DNA from: Octopus vulgaris
Lineage: Eukaryota
DNA: 64,000 nt
NCBI GenBank assembly: GCA_951406725.2
Contig: OX597825.1
Location: 77,996,001 to 78,060,000, forward strand
Direction: 5' to 3'
Shown here piece after piece: positions 12,099 through 25,673 of this stretch. The notes beneath the pieces are model-generated. The model saw only the letters and a list, made by a program, of their open reading frames with translations, was not told the DNA's origin and did no database searches. The position numbers were made by a program, and so were the translations under genes. Numbering within the stretch: position 1 is the first letter of the stretch; each line of letters begins with the position of its first letter.

Positions 12099-14219
12099 GT
12101 ATGTGTGTATAATATTAAAGTTGATGGTTTATATTACATATCGCAGATTTATATATATAAACACATACATAAATATATAGCTGGCTAGATAGATAGATAA
12201 ATAGATACGTACATACATACATACATACATACAAACATACATACATACATACATACATACACATTTCCATACGTATGTACATACATGCAGATATATATAT
12301 GTATATATATGTATATGTGTATGTATATATATAGATATAGATATAGATATATAAATATATATATATATACATGTTTATATATATTCTTGTATATATACAT
12401 ATTCCTGTGTGCGTGCGCGCGGGTACATATTAATATACATAACATATATGCATACGCACTAAATCACTCGTCTCTGTATATATTTTATATACAAAGAATC
12501 ACGTGGTTCGCTCGTTTCTTCTTTTTTCTCTTTTTTTCTTTCCCTCTTTTATTCCTTCATCTCTATACATCCCCCTTATTCTACCTTCCCCTTCTCATTC
12601 TCATCCTTTCAATAGCTTCTAGAAAGTATCATTTTTGTTAAGATGAACTTTTCTTATTCTTATCGAACAGTTTTTCTTTATTTTTTTTACTCATTTTATC
12701 GTTTTTAATGTTGTTGTTGTTTTTTATTGTTTTATTTTTCATTGGTTTCTTCTTCTTCTTCTTTGTCTATCTAATGTTAGCTGATTACCGGAAAAAAATG
12801 GTATCTTGTGAGACGATGGAACTGGGATTAATAGATGCCGTCTGTATCTAAACATGTCTATAAGCGAAGCTTTCTCTGGGAGTAAATTGTGCTCCCAATT
12901 ACAGAGAAAGTCCAGCGAACCATTTCTCCTGGTTCCATTTGACTTATCCAATCCTTGATTCGTCTTGGCATTTCATTTGATCAACACAGCTTCAGCAGAA
13001 ATTCATTCCACTCTCGTTCCCCTTCTCTCCTTTCCCACCTTCATCTATCTATCAATACACCTATCTGCCCGGTTACACACACACACACACATACGCACAC
13101 ACACATACACACTCGCATACACATATGTACGTATGCACATATGTATATGTGTGTGTTTGCGCGTGTTTGTGTGTGTGTGTGAATATATAAGTATGTCGAT
13201 ATATATGTGTGTGTATTATATATATGTATATGTATGTATATATGTACGTATAGATGTATATATATATATATGCATATATGCATATATATATATGTGTGTG
13301 TATATATATATATATGTATATATATATATGCATATATGTATATATATATATATGTATCTATATATGCATATATATATATATATATGTGTATACATATATG
13401 CATAATATTTTATATGTATATATATATATATACGCATATATGTATATATACATACATATATATATATATATACATTATATATATATATACAATACATATA
13501 TATATATATATATATATTCTTTTTTATCTCTCTAGCTATCTTTGTACCGATCTATCTTTATCGATCTACCTGTCGATACGTCTATGCCTAACTACCTATC
13601 TCTCTCTCTTCTTCTCTCTCTTTCTCTCTCTTTCTTCTTCTTCTTCTCTCTCTCTCTCTGCCCCTTTCGTTTTCGATCTTCCCCTCTCCCTCTCTCTCCC
13701 TCCCTCTATCTACCGCCAACGCTGAACACCGCAACCCTTTCCCTCATACAACAATGTTATGCATCTTCGTCTTAGCCGTCCATCCGTCCGTCCGACCAGC
13801 CGACCGGCCGGCCGGCCATCCGAACAAGCGAAAGAATTGAACTGACTGACAGCAGGACCAACCGACCAACCTGCCAACCAATCAACTAATCACCTACCCA
13901 TCCTGCTTTGCGTCCGTTTGCCAGCCTCGATCTTTCGATCGAAGAATTCACATAGCAGCGAGTTTCTTCTGTGGTAGTCGTTTCTTTGCCTTTTTACCCT
14001 CCATCACAGCAACAACAACAATAACAAAAAAAAAAAAATGCAGCCTCCGCCGTCCACTCCAAAACCGCCATCACCATCACCATCACTACTGCCATCCCTA
14101 TTTCATCCACCACCGATGCCGGCGTCGACGACACCACATATTCAGCAGAGACAGCTTTTATCTTTCTTTGCTTATGTTATTTGTGTTGTATGTGTGTAAG
14201 AGTGCGTGTGTGCGTATAC

Positions 14220-14254
<35 letters not shown>

Positions 14255-14430
14255 CGTGTGTGTGCGTGCGTGCGTGTGCGTGTGTGTCTATACGAGTGTG
14301 TGTGTGTGTGTGCGCGTGTGGGTGCGTGTGTGTGTGTGTGTGTGTGTTTGTGCAACTTAGAAATTTTTCCCATTTCTTTTTATAAGTTATTGAGTCCTGT
14401 ACGGATGTATAACTATATATATATATATAT

Positions 14431-14809
14431 AACCAGCCACATGGTTCCGGGTTCAGTCCCACTGCGTGGCATCTTGGGCAAGTGTCTTCTGCTATAGCCC
14501 CGGGCCGACCAATGCCTTGTGAGTGGATTTGGTAGACGGAAACTGAAAGAAGCCTGTCGTATATATGTATATATATATGTGTGTGTGTGTATGTGTTTGT
14601 GTGTCTGTGTTTGTCCCCCAAGCATTGCTTGACAACCGATGCTGGTGTGTTTACTTCCCCGTCACTTAGCGGTTCGGCAAAAGAGACCGATAGAATAAGT
14701 ACTGGGCTTACAAAGAATAAGTCCCGGGGTCGATTTGCTCGACTAAAAGGCGGTGCTCCAGCATGGCCGCAGTCAAATGACTGAAACAAGTAAAAGAGTA
14801 AAAGAGAGT
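14431..14809 (+). mobile_element. SINE family A, 5' end missing
   Basis: Near-identical to 2641-3052 from ccacatggttccgggttcagtccc onward. Confidence 0.9.
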
Positions 14810-15021
14810 ATATATATATATATACGTATTTGTATATGCATGTATGTATGTATGTATGTATGTATGTATGTATGTATGTGTGTGTGTGTGTGTGTGTACA
14901 TATGAATATGTACACTTTCGTTATTTTTTCCCTTCAATTTTGTTTTTATTAATCACGTCACGTCACGCATGAAATAGAAGAGAATCTAGCAGTGTCTCAA
15001 TATCGATATCAATGTTTATTT

Positions 15022-15088
<67 letters not shown>

Positions 15089-15498
15089 TATATGTGCGTG
15101 TGTGTATATATATGTATGCTTAACTAATTATGTATTCATATATGTGTGTGTGGGCGTTCAGAGACAGAGAGAAAGAGAGAGAGAGAGATGTGTGTACCTA
15201 TGTTTATACACACACACACATACATACATACGTACATACATACATACCTGTATGTATATATGTATATATATATATATATATATTTGGGGAAATAGAAAGA
15301 TGAATAATCTTGTGACAGATTAATCCAAAGTTTAACCGATACCTTGGTAGCAAAAATCACAGCAGAAGACAGCACGGTTGGAGGTACAACCATATGGTGT
15401 TGCAACCGTGCGTTAGTGCGGATAATTGAATTTTAATATTATTAGTGAATTGAAGAAATGGAGTTGAACGAAGATTGAACAGAAATCCTTTTATTGCA

Positions 15499-15578
15499 TT
15501 CTACACGTGTTTCGAAAGCCACAATTTACCAAATTCCGATTGAATAAGGAGACCATATTGTGTCTTTCTCTTCAGGAA
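15499..15578 (-). ncRNA. Type-I hammerhead ribozyme with canonical core, inside a Penelope-like pLTR relic (about 15480-15770)
   Basis: Minus strand: UUC-CUGAAGA-GAAAGaCACAAU..AUUGUGgCUUUC-GAAA-CACGUG-UA-GAA. All core nucleotides present, stem II 5+6 bp, palindromic stem III, 3-bp stem I. Confidence 0.75.
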
Positions 15579-15880
15579 GAAATAGGAATTCCGTTGGCAG
15601 AACAAAAACAGAACAGAGGCGCAGCAAAACAAATCGAACGAGGAGGCTCCTAAGAGCCCATGGCCAAACTGTTTATCAAAGTATGTTGAGAACGGGTGGT
15701 GGGTGCGTTGAAGGTATTTACAGGTCAGGCAGCGGTCAATCCGGTGGGTGAGAGCACGGGGTGCGTAGATGTTCTTTGTGACCGAAACTAAGGTTCTGAC
15801 TAATTTAAGAATATTAGGTGTATTATATGGGGCGAGACAAATCTACTTAGAAACATGTGTGTGTGAACTGTTCTATATGT

Positions 15881-16080
15881 GCGCAGCCGTAAATTGGTAA
15901 AAAGCGCTATACAATGGTCACTGCTGAAAAATCCGTCAGGCGGCAGAAAATATTTTATGTGTTCGTGTGTTCGTTTAATCGCGCGGCCGTAAGTTGGTAA
16001 AAAGCGCTACACAATGATCACTGCTGAAAAATCCGTCAGGCGGCAGAAAATATTTTATGTTTTCGTGTGTTCGTCTAATC
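15881..16080. repeat. 100-bp tandem duplication (2 copies)
   Basis: gc.gccgtaa.ttggtaaaaagcgcta.acaatg.tcactgctgaaaaatccgtcaggcggcagaaaatattttatgt..cgtgtgttcgt.taatc occurs twice. Confidence 0.95.
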
Positions 16081-16424
16081 ATGCTTTGTCAAAACAAACC
16101 TCACGTCGTCAAAACAAAACACCATTCACCTAATGGGAGTAATTCCCCTTGCAAGGGTTAATCATATCTCTCTTAAAAAGCTATTTCAAAAAAATTATTT
16201 CCAAGGGCTATTTTCATATAAGTAGGGTAACCGGGTGCAGGTATCATTTATAAGCGTCAATTATAAGCAAGATAAGTATATATATTTATAATTATAAACA
16301 TAATTATAATTAGGGGTCAGCTAATTGCTTCACTACATACCCAATTTAGAAATAGGAGTTAAAAATTCCTTTTCTACTACCGGAAGAATCTCCCAGACAA
16401 TTTGATATATATATATATATATCA

Positions 16425-16622
16425 TTTTTTCGCCATGATAAATCACTATCCACTACAGATTCTTTATTTTCTCTCTTTGTTTGTTTCTATGTTCCTTTCT
16501 GTGGAAGAGCGTAGGCTCGAAACGTTAAAGACCTTTTCACCTCCCGAGCGTTATACTAATACATCTGTTTGTTGTCTACACTACCCATCCTCGTCTTTTG
16601 TTTTTTTGTGAATTCTCCCTAT
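16425..16622 (+). mobile_element. Short (TA)n-flanked element carrying a minimal hammerhead-like motif (16495-16530)
   Basis: CUUU-CUGUGGA-A-GAGC gtag GCUC-GAAA-CG-UU-AAAG. A related copy lies on the minus strand at about 27315-27455. Confidence 0.6.
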
Positions 16623-16659
16623 ATGTATGTGTGAATTCTCCCTATATATATATATATAA

Positions 16660-16861
16660 ATGTGACCGCGTGTTTACTGTTGGCGATTTTTTCCCCTCTG
16701 CCTTCCCTTCTCTGGATTTTTTCCTTCTCCTATGTTTCCGACGAAGATCTCCGCTCGAAATGTTATACCCTCCTTCTTTCCATCTTTCCTGAGCGTCCAA
16801 TAATACTATATTTGTTCCACGTCCTCGCGTTGTTGTGTTTTTTGTGCTTTAATGTTTGGAT

Positions 16862-16866
<5 letters not shown>
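16660..16866 (+). mobile_element. ~200-bp (TA)n-flanked element with a minimal hammerhead-like motif (16734-16768)
   Basis: Closely similar to 49990-50184; both copies are bounded by (TA)n. Confidence 0.75.
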
Positions 16867-16931
<65 letters not shown>

Positions 16932-16937
<6 letters not shown>

Positions 16938-17610
16938 TGCGGTGAATATATTGTTGTCTAAATTACGCAAAAAGGAAAATAATACTGACATCTCATTTCA
17001 ACAGATATATTTACCAAAATTACATAAAAATATTTTGAAATGCTAAAGAGTAAATCTATTCAATAAAATCGCCATTGGCTCCAACCACGGCCTTCAGACG
17101 ACTTCGGAATCTCACGCAACTCTTCTAGACTGTATCCTTGTTTAAGTTGGTGAATGCTGCCAAAATCCTTGCCTTCAGTTCATTTTTGATGTTACAAGAA
17201 GTTTTGTTGGTCTCTCGCTCAACTGCGCCCCCAAAATAATAATCAAGGGTGTTGCAGTCTGGGGAGTTAGGTGGCCTGATGTTAGGGATTATGTGGTCGC
17301 AGAAATTGTGATAACAATGAGGGAGTTCTCCTGCTTGCTTGGCATGGTACAGAGTCCTGTTTCCAGACATAGGGTCTTCCAGCAACAACCCTCTTGACCC
17401 AGGGCAGCACTACCTCTACCAGGCACTTGATGAAGGTTTCCGTGTTGAGTTTGAGGTCATGTGGGAAGATGAATGAAGGCATAATGTTGTCATCACTAGT
17501 GATCACTCCAAACACCATGATGTTGGATGGGTGTTTGATCTTTATCACTCTCGGAACATGTTTTGGGGACACGGCAATCCAACGGTTCTGCGTGTTCACC
17601 ATCTGTTCGT
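16932..17610 (-). mobile_element. Tc1/mariner superfamily, maT/DD37D-like transposon; C-terminal half of the transposase (pseudogene, 17056-17610)
   Basis: QMVNTQNRWIA..KHPSNIMVFGVITSD..YVWKQDSVPCQ..RPPNSPDCNTLDYY..LKARI..FRSRLKAVVGANGDFIE*, with a frameshift and an internal stop. Confidence 0.9.
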
Positions 17611-17679
17611 ATTGAAGCTTCCGCAGTGAATGCCAAACAGCGCAGCATGTCGTTTCCAACTTCTGTAGCCATAAGTTGC

Positions 17680-18092
17680 ATAGCAAAAATATACGAAGCC
17701 CAATATACCCATCATGTCTACCCGTCTGATAAGGGTACACCAGGCACATGCATCACAACCATATGTGCGCGACATGGTGATCTCATATCAAGATAAACAG
17801 CACATGACCTTGCAGGTGAGGCCCGGTTAGAATTTTCTTCTGGTCGAGTAACCCATCCCGCTCAAAAGGTCCCTGAACAACGGTTGTTTAAGGATGTTGA
17901 ACAAAACACCCATGTTTCCAGAGGTGAATAATTCAAACCTCAAAGAATCCCTCTCAACACATGGCTATGATGCTCCCCCACTACTTCTGCTCGTGATCAG
18001 AGATCTACACATCGTCAGCCACTAAGGGACATGCTCAACTGGTTAAGGGCAAACAACTGACAAGCAAATCTGTGGTATTGAGCATAATATTA
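17680..18092. repeat. Unclassified interspersed repeat (family E)
   Basis: Segment 17930-18090 recurs, diverged, at 35475-35615. Confidence 0.65.
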
Positions 18093-18179
18093 TTATTATA
18101 ATTATTATTATAATTATTATTATTACTATTATAATTATTATTATTATAACTACTATTATTATTATTATTATTATTATTA

Positions 18180-18232
<53 letters not shown>

Positions 18233-18291
18233 TATTTATTTTTTTTTTTATTTTTTATTATAATTATTAATATTATTTTTTATTATTATTA

Positions 18292-18329
<38 letters not shown>

Positions 18330-18342
18330 GTTATTATTATTA

Positions 18343-18560
18343 AGGCATAGAACTGGCAGAAACGTTACCATGTTGGGTAAAATGCTTAGTGGTATTTCGT
18401 CCGATTTTAAGTTCTGAGTTCAAATTCTGCTGAGGTCGTCTATGCCTTTCATCCTTTCGGGAAGGGGGGGCTCGATTAAATAATTACCCGTTACGCATTG
18501 TAATCGGCTTAATTCCTTCCCCCCAAATTTGGGGCCTTGTGCTTCCAGTACAAAGGATTG
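18343..18560 (+). mobile_element. SINE family B
   Basis: ctggcagaaacgtt..gttctgagttcaaattc..cctttcatcctttcggg. Confidence 0.8.
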
Positions 18561-19112
18561 TTGTTGTTATTGTTGTTGTTGTTGTTATCATTACAGGGTT
18601 AGCTTTAAATATTGACCGATATCAACAAGTAATCAAAATCTACTTAATTCCAAGTCCCCGTTAGTGCCTTGTGCTCTCTCCGCATGAACTAATAATATAA
18701 GACAAGATTAATGGTGAAAGTTTCTTCTGCGCATGCCAATTTGTTTCCCTATTAGCTTTTAGTAATTGTTGTGTCATGCCACTTATGGTGTCACATAAAC
18801 AGGGATCTTTATTCTAATGTCCACGTAAATGGTTACTTTATAAATTGGTCCCCGCAACGTGACTTTTTTTTTTTACTTTTTTTTCTATAAATATTTCTTA
18901 TTCTGGAAATTAGAATACTAATATTAGGTCTTTTTTTTCTTTTCTTATTTTCGTAGTTTTACTCCTTCGCTGTCTGTTTGTGTATGCGTATGTGCATGCG
19001 TGTGTGTGCATACGTGTGTGTGTGTGTGTGTGTGTTTGTGTCCTTCTCTTCATCGTTGCCTTTATATATGTAAATATATATATATACACACGCATTAACA
19101 GAATGCCTATAC

Positions 19113-19163
<51 letters not shown>

Positions 19164-19277
19164 TATATATGTATATATATACTTTTTATATATATACACA
19201 CATATACACATATATATGTATATATATATTATATGTGTATATATATATGTATACATACATATACATGAATATATATG

Positions 19278-19366
<89 letters not shown>

Positions 19367-19470
19367 GGATAGACATACAGATATGCTGAAGGGGAAAGGT
19401 GCTCACTTTCGGGTGTTAAGAGTATATTTATGTGAAATGTTTCGCATATTTATAGTATACATAAATTTAC

Positions 19471-19506
<36 letters not shown>

Positions 19507-19537
19507 GCGTAAATTAATATATATATATATATATAAG

Positions 19538-19615
<78 letters not shown>

Positions 19616-20574
19616 ATCTCGTCTTTTAAAAATGGCTTTTTCTGCAGTGCATGAAATTGTATTGATATATAATCTGAAAGTATTCATAAATTGTCACGAG
19701 TCAGTAGGAAACAACGTCCTCTCCGATAACCTTCTTGGCTGTTAATTGATTATTTACAATGAGATGTTGAAAGGCGTAGTTGATAAGTTATTGTGGTTAC
19801 CAACTAACTTCATCAAGACCATCATTATCATCATCATCATCATCATCATCATTATCATCATCGTCCTCAGCAGTGGCAATAACGGTAACAACATGTCAGA
19901 ACATGCTTTCGGAATCAGAATCGTTTCACCGTGTACCAATATGAGGAATGCTTCAATCAACAAGCTGTAATTGATTCAGTCACCGGAGACAGATGCCGAA
20001 TGTTTCTGAGAATTTAACCTGTGATAAAAGGAGAATCAGAAAAATGCAGATTCGACAGAAAAGTGATGAAATGTCTGCATTGGAAATCCATAAGAGCCAT
20101 GTTTAATTTAACTAACACACTTGCTGTGTGATAAAATGTCTTCTAGCTAATGGTTATATTGTCAGTAGATATAATGGTCATCAAACAGTGAGAGACAGGC
20201 ACAGAGATGGGAGAAGGGATACAGTGATAAAATCTCGTGATTTTGCTAAATTTCGAGTTGTATCGGCCCAGGACAAATCTGCTGGAGATGATCAATGATC
20301 AAAGATGTTCCAGCCATGACATGTTCTTTTTACGTACGACAGCGAATAGATTATCAAATGTGATTATCTGTGATGTGATTTAATATAGTTCTAGCGGTTA
20401 TTTCTAGCAAAACGATCGACCGAGAAAATCCTTCTCTGGTTGGTCATTACTATAACATTTCTGTCAACATTTTTTGGCAGTTCCTAAGAGTTGCCTTATC
20501 AATCAAAAACTTATCGTTTGTTCGTCGTGGTCCCTTCCTGCAGCCTTTCAGTTCATCTGATAGGAGGTCATTTC

Positions 20575-20735
20575 TATCAACAACCCCAGAGTTCAAATGG
20601 TACTTATTTTATCAACCTTGAAAGGACTAAAGGCAAAGTCCACAACAACAGAATCTGAATTCAGAACGTAAAGACAATCGAAATACCAATAAAAATTTTG
20701 TCTGGCGTGCTAACGATTCTGCCAGCTCGCCGCCC
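20575..20735 (-). mobile_element. SINE family B, diverged
   Basis: ..gctaacgattctgccagctcgccgcc is the reverse complement of the family B head. Confidence 0.75.
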
Positions 20736-21760
20736 TATATCCTCTTTAAATAATAACTCTTAAATAATTAAACGTAATATTATGATAAACTGTTTGTTAG
20801 CCACAACAAAAACAACGATAATAACATTAACAGAATCAGCATAAACAATAACGATAAAACATTTCGAAATCTAAATAGATAGGCAAAACTAAATATACAC
20901 TGCCACAGCACGTAACTGATAAATAATAAAATAAAATCTGATTTAAAAAACGTCGTAATTTGTCAGCATTTCCATACGTGCAATAAAGATACCCACTGCA
21001 CCGGCTGTGTTATGTTACAGTATCACTTGCGTGGGCATATATAGCGGTATATGTATATGTGGTGTATTAAATTATTCTGACTCGTGGCAATAAGCTGTGG
21101 ACAAAATTATAAGTAAAACAAAAAAGGTGGGCAAGAGCTAAATAATACAGACTTGAGCTGCAGCCCCGAATACTTTTATAAAATATTTGTTGAACACTTC
21201 TGTCGAATAATATCTCTCCAAAACTAATTATGTATGGTGTACCCTGTGAAGTGTATATGTGTCTTACTACCAAGGATACACATGCACACATATACAGATA
21301 CAGACACATACAGACACACGTGCACGAATATTCATGCATATGGCGGTATACGGAGATATTTCGAGTTTAATAAAAGACACAAAGATAGTTTAGCCGAAGG
21401 CAATAGATAATCGCAGACTCACTTTACGTTATATAGGGGTGGTGTCTGGATGCGCAAGCATAGGCGTACATCCATCCACACACATATTCATACTTACATA
21501 CATATATATACATATACATATACAAACCTACATATATGTATATACATACGTAAACCCCTACGTGCATACAGACATACCTATTAATATCCTATATTATTTA
21601 CAGACAGATACATGCATATACATAAATAAATTACATGCACATGTAAGTACATATTCATTTATGCATACATACCTACATACAAATCTACATATATTTATAA
21701 TATACATGCATACACGTTAATATATATATATATATGTAGGCATGTATGTATGTATATATG

Positions 21761-21813
<53 letters not shown>

Positions 21814-22878
21814 ATGTATGTATGTATGTATGTATGTATGTATGTATGTATGTATGTATGTATGTATGTATGTATGTATGCACATATGCATACATACAAT
21901 ATACAGACACATATGCATAAATTTATGCACATATCCAGACCAGGATTAATATATATTCATACATACATCTATACATAGATATATAAATAAATGCATACAT
22001 ACAAGCACACATATGTACGCACATACATACATGCATATATATGCATATATACATACATATATATATATATATTTAGGTATATATATAGATAAATGTACAT
22101 ACGTACATATATACATACATGCATACATACATACATGCTTGCATTCATACATACATACATACATACATACATACATACATACATACATACATACATACAT
22201 ACATACATACATACATACATACATACATACATACATACATACATACATACATACAAATATATACCTGCTTGCAATGAGAAACCTCGAAAAATGATAAATT
22301 ATGTTTGAAAGCCAGATAAATATTTATACATCAACTTAATATTAGAGATATTCACAGTATGTTAACGTATATCGCTTGTAACAGCCGGTGGCAAGGTGCG
22401 TGTACTTGTGTAGATTCCAGCAACTTCACCGATATTAACAGACTTATGTACCAAGACCACATCACTGCACAAATTCTTCTAGAAGCATCTGCAAGAAATC
22501 TGCCAAATCAATATAAGGGATCTAAAGAGTGTCTTTTATTATTATTTTTTTTATTTTTGTGCCTTAGCCATTTTTTTATGTATGTGCTTCTGCTAGTTTT
22601 TTCTTGTTGATTTTTTGTTTGCTTCTCATATAAAAAAAATAGCTGATGGAAGGTCTGTGGTGTGAGGAACGTGCGGTGGTGGTGGTGGTGGTGGTGATGG
22701 TGGTGGTGGTGGTAGTGGCGGTGATGTCGGGTGGATTTTGTCGTCGTCTTCGTCGCCGTGGTAACAGGATGTTACGACGAAAGTAAGAAATATATACGCA
22801 CGACACACACACACACACACACATGTATATATATGCTTACATGTATAAGTGTATGTAAATATGCATGTGTGAGCATGC

Positions 22879-22914
<36 letters not shown>

Positions 22915-22995
22915 GCACAAACACATATACTCAGCTGTATAAACGTGTGTGTATATGAACCGTATGAATAAACTTATATATATAAACACACACAC

Positions 22996-23064
<69 letters not shown>

Positions 23065-23146
23065 TATATATATAAACATATATATATACATATATACATA
23101 TATATATATATACATATATACATATATATATATGCATGCATATATG

Positions 23147-23181
<35 letters not shown>

Positions 23182-23631
23182 TATATTATGAATATAGCAT
23201 ATACAAAACCATAAGCACAATGACATATGTGAGGACGTTTGAGATCATGAATTTCCCCGTACATTTATGTGTATATATATCTATATCTATATATATATAT
23301 ATATGTATATACATATATGAATATACTTATAGGCATGTTCGCGCGCATGCCTATACAAATGCATGCGTGTGTGTGTCCTAGCATGATATATTTCATGCAT
23401 GGATGTTGATAAGTGTGTTCTGGGGTATATGATAAAGAATGAGAGAAATGGGGTGCTGAATACTGAAACGGTCTGACAGTTTGAGTTAGGGTCTTATATA
23501 TATGTAAGGTCATAAGGGTACAGCTGATGTAATGGGCCCTTTCTTTCGGGTACATTCAAATTATGATGTTAACACTTTTGTTGTTAGTATGAGGGTAAAT
23601 CAGAGACAGACTAAGGGGAAAATATATATTC

Positions 23632-23689
<58 letters not shown>

Positions 23690-23873
23690 TTACACACATG
23701 CATACACTCATATGCATCTATATGTAACACATATGTATGTATACACATGTATATGAATAAAGAGAGAAAAAGTAATTTAAATAGATATGTATATATATAT
23801 CTATATATTTATGAATACAATTATATGCAGGTATAATAGAAATGTATACTAGTATGTGCGCAGATATGTTACA

Positions 23874-23977
<104 letters not shown>

Positions 23978-24261
23978 GTATGTATGTATATATGTATATA
24001 TGTATATATTTATGTGCATATATATACATAGATATATATATATGTATGCATACATATATAATATATATGTATGTATGTATGTATATATAACATGGATATA
24101 TATATCCGAGTATACATGACACGCACTTGCACAAATACAAACGTACATATGACATTTAGATTAACTGCATACAAATTATATATGCGCATGCGCTTATGTG
24201 TGTGTGTATGTATATATGTCCATATATGCATATATATCTATATTTACACAGGCGCATATTT

Positions 24262-24313
<52 letters not shown>

Positions 24314-24390
24314 GTTCATATGTATGCATATGTACACAAACATACACACATATATATATACATTTATATTTATATATATATATATATATG

Positions 24391-24790
24391 ATATAGGCGC
24401 AGGCGTGGCTATATGGTAAGAAGCTTGCTTGCCAACCAATGCGTGGCACCTTGCGCAAATATCTTCTACTATAGCCTCGCGCCGACCAAAGCCTTGTGTG
24501 TGTATTTGGTAGACGGAAACTGAAAGAAGCTCTTCGTATTTGTGTGTGTGTTTGTATGTGTGTGTATGTGTGTGTGTATTTGTTTGCCTGTGTTTGTGTT
24601 TGACCCCGCACCAGCGCTTGACAACTAATGCTGGTGTGTTTATGTCCCCGTAACCTGGCAGTTCAGCATAAGAGACCGACAGAATACGTACTAAGCTTAT
24701 AAAGAATAAGTCGTGGGTTCGATTTCCTCGGCTAAAAAAACTCTTTAAGGCGGTGCTTCAGCATGGCCGCAGTCAAATGACTAACAAGTA
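24391..24790 (+). mobile_element. SINE family A
   Basis: ataggcgcaggcgtggct head through gcatggccgcagtcaaatgact tail. Confidence 0.85.
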
Positions 24791-24909
24791 GAAGATATAT
24801 ATGTATATATGTAAATATGTTCAGACACATGTATGTATCGATATATACATACATATGTATACGTGTGTATATGTATGTATGTATGTTTGTATGTATGTAT
24901 ATACGTATG

Positions 24910-24943
<34 letters not shown>

Positions 24944-24981
24944 TGTATGTATGTATGTATGTACGTATGTATATATGTAAC

Positions 24982-25363
24982 GTGAAGGCGCAATGGCCCA
25001 GTGGTTAGGGCAGCGGACTCGCGGTCGTAGGATCGCGGTTTCGATTCCCAGACTGGGCGTTGTGAGTGTTTATTGAGCGAAAACACCCAAAGCTCCACGA
25101 TGCTCCGGCAGGGATGGTGGTGATCCCTGCTGTACCCTTTCACCACAACTTTCTCTCACTCTTACTTCCTGTTTCTGTTATACCTGTATTTCAAAGGGCC
25201 GGCCTTGTCACTCTCTGTGTCACGCTGAATATCCCCGAGAACTACGTTAAGGGTACACGTATCTGTGGAGTGCTCAGCCACTTGCACGTTAATTTCACGA
25301 GCTGGCTGTTCCGTTGATCGGATCAACCGGAACTCTCGTCGTCGTAAGCGACGGAGTGCTTCC
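24982..25363 (+). mobile_element. tRNA-derived SINE family C
   Basis: tRNA-like head GGCGCAATGGCCCAGTGGTTAGGGCAGCGGACTCGCGGTCGTAGGATCGCGGTTTCGATTCCC with A and B boxes, a ~300-bp body, inserted in (TATG)n. Confidence 0.8.
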
Positions 25364-25639
25364 ATAATATATATGCATGTATGTATGTATGTATGTATGT
25401 ATGTATGTATGTATGTATGTATGTATGTATGTATGTATGTATGTATGTATGTATGTATGTATGTATGTATGTATGTATGCATGCATGCATGTATGTATGT
25501 ATGTATGTCTGTATGTATGTATGTATGTATGTATGTATGTATGTATGTATGTATGTATATATGTATGTATATATATATGTATGTATGTATATATGTATGT
25601 ATGTATGTATATATGTATGTATGTATGAATGTATGTATG

Positions 25640-25673
<34 letters not shown>

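Noticed and set aside
12739-12951. 70-aa unique-sequence ORF
   Set aside because: No recognisable motif and it relies on a non-ATG start.
24987-25060. Possible tRNA gene
   Set aside because: The cloverleaf is imperfect and continues into a SINE body, so it is a SINE head.
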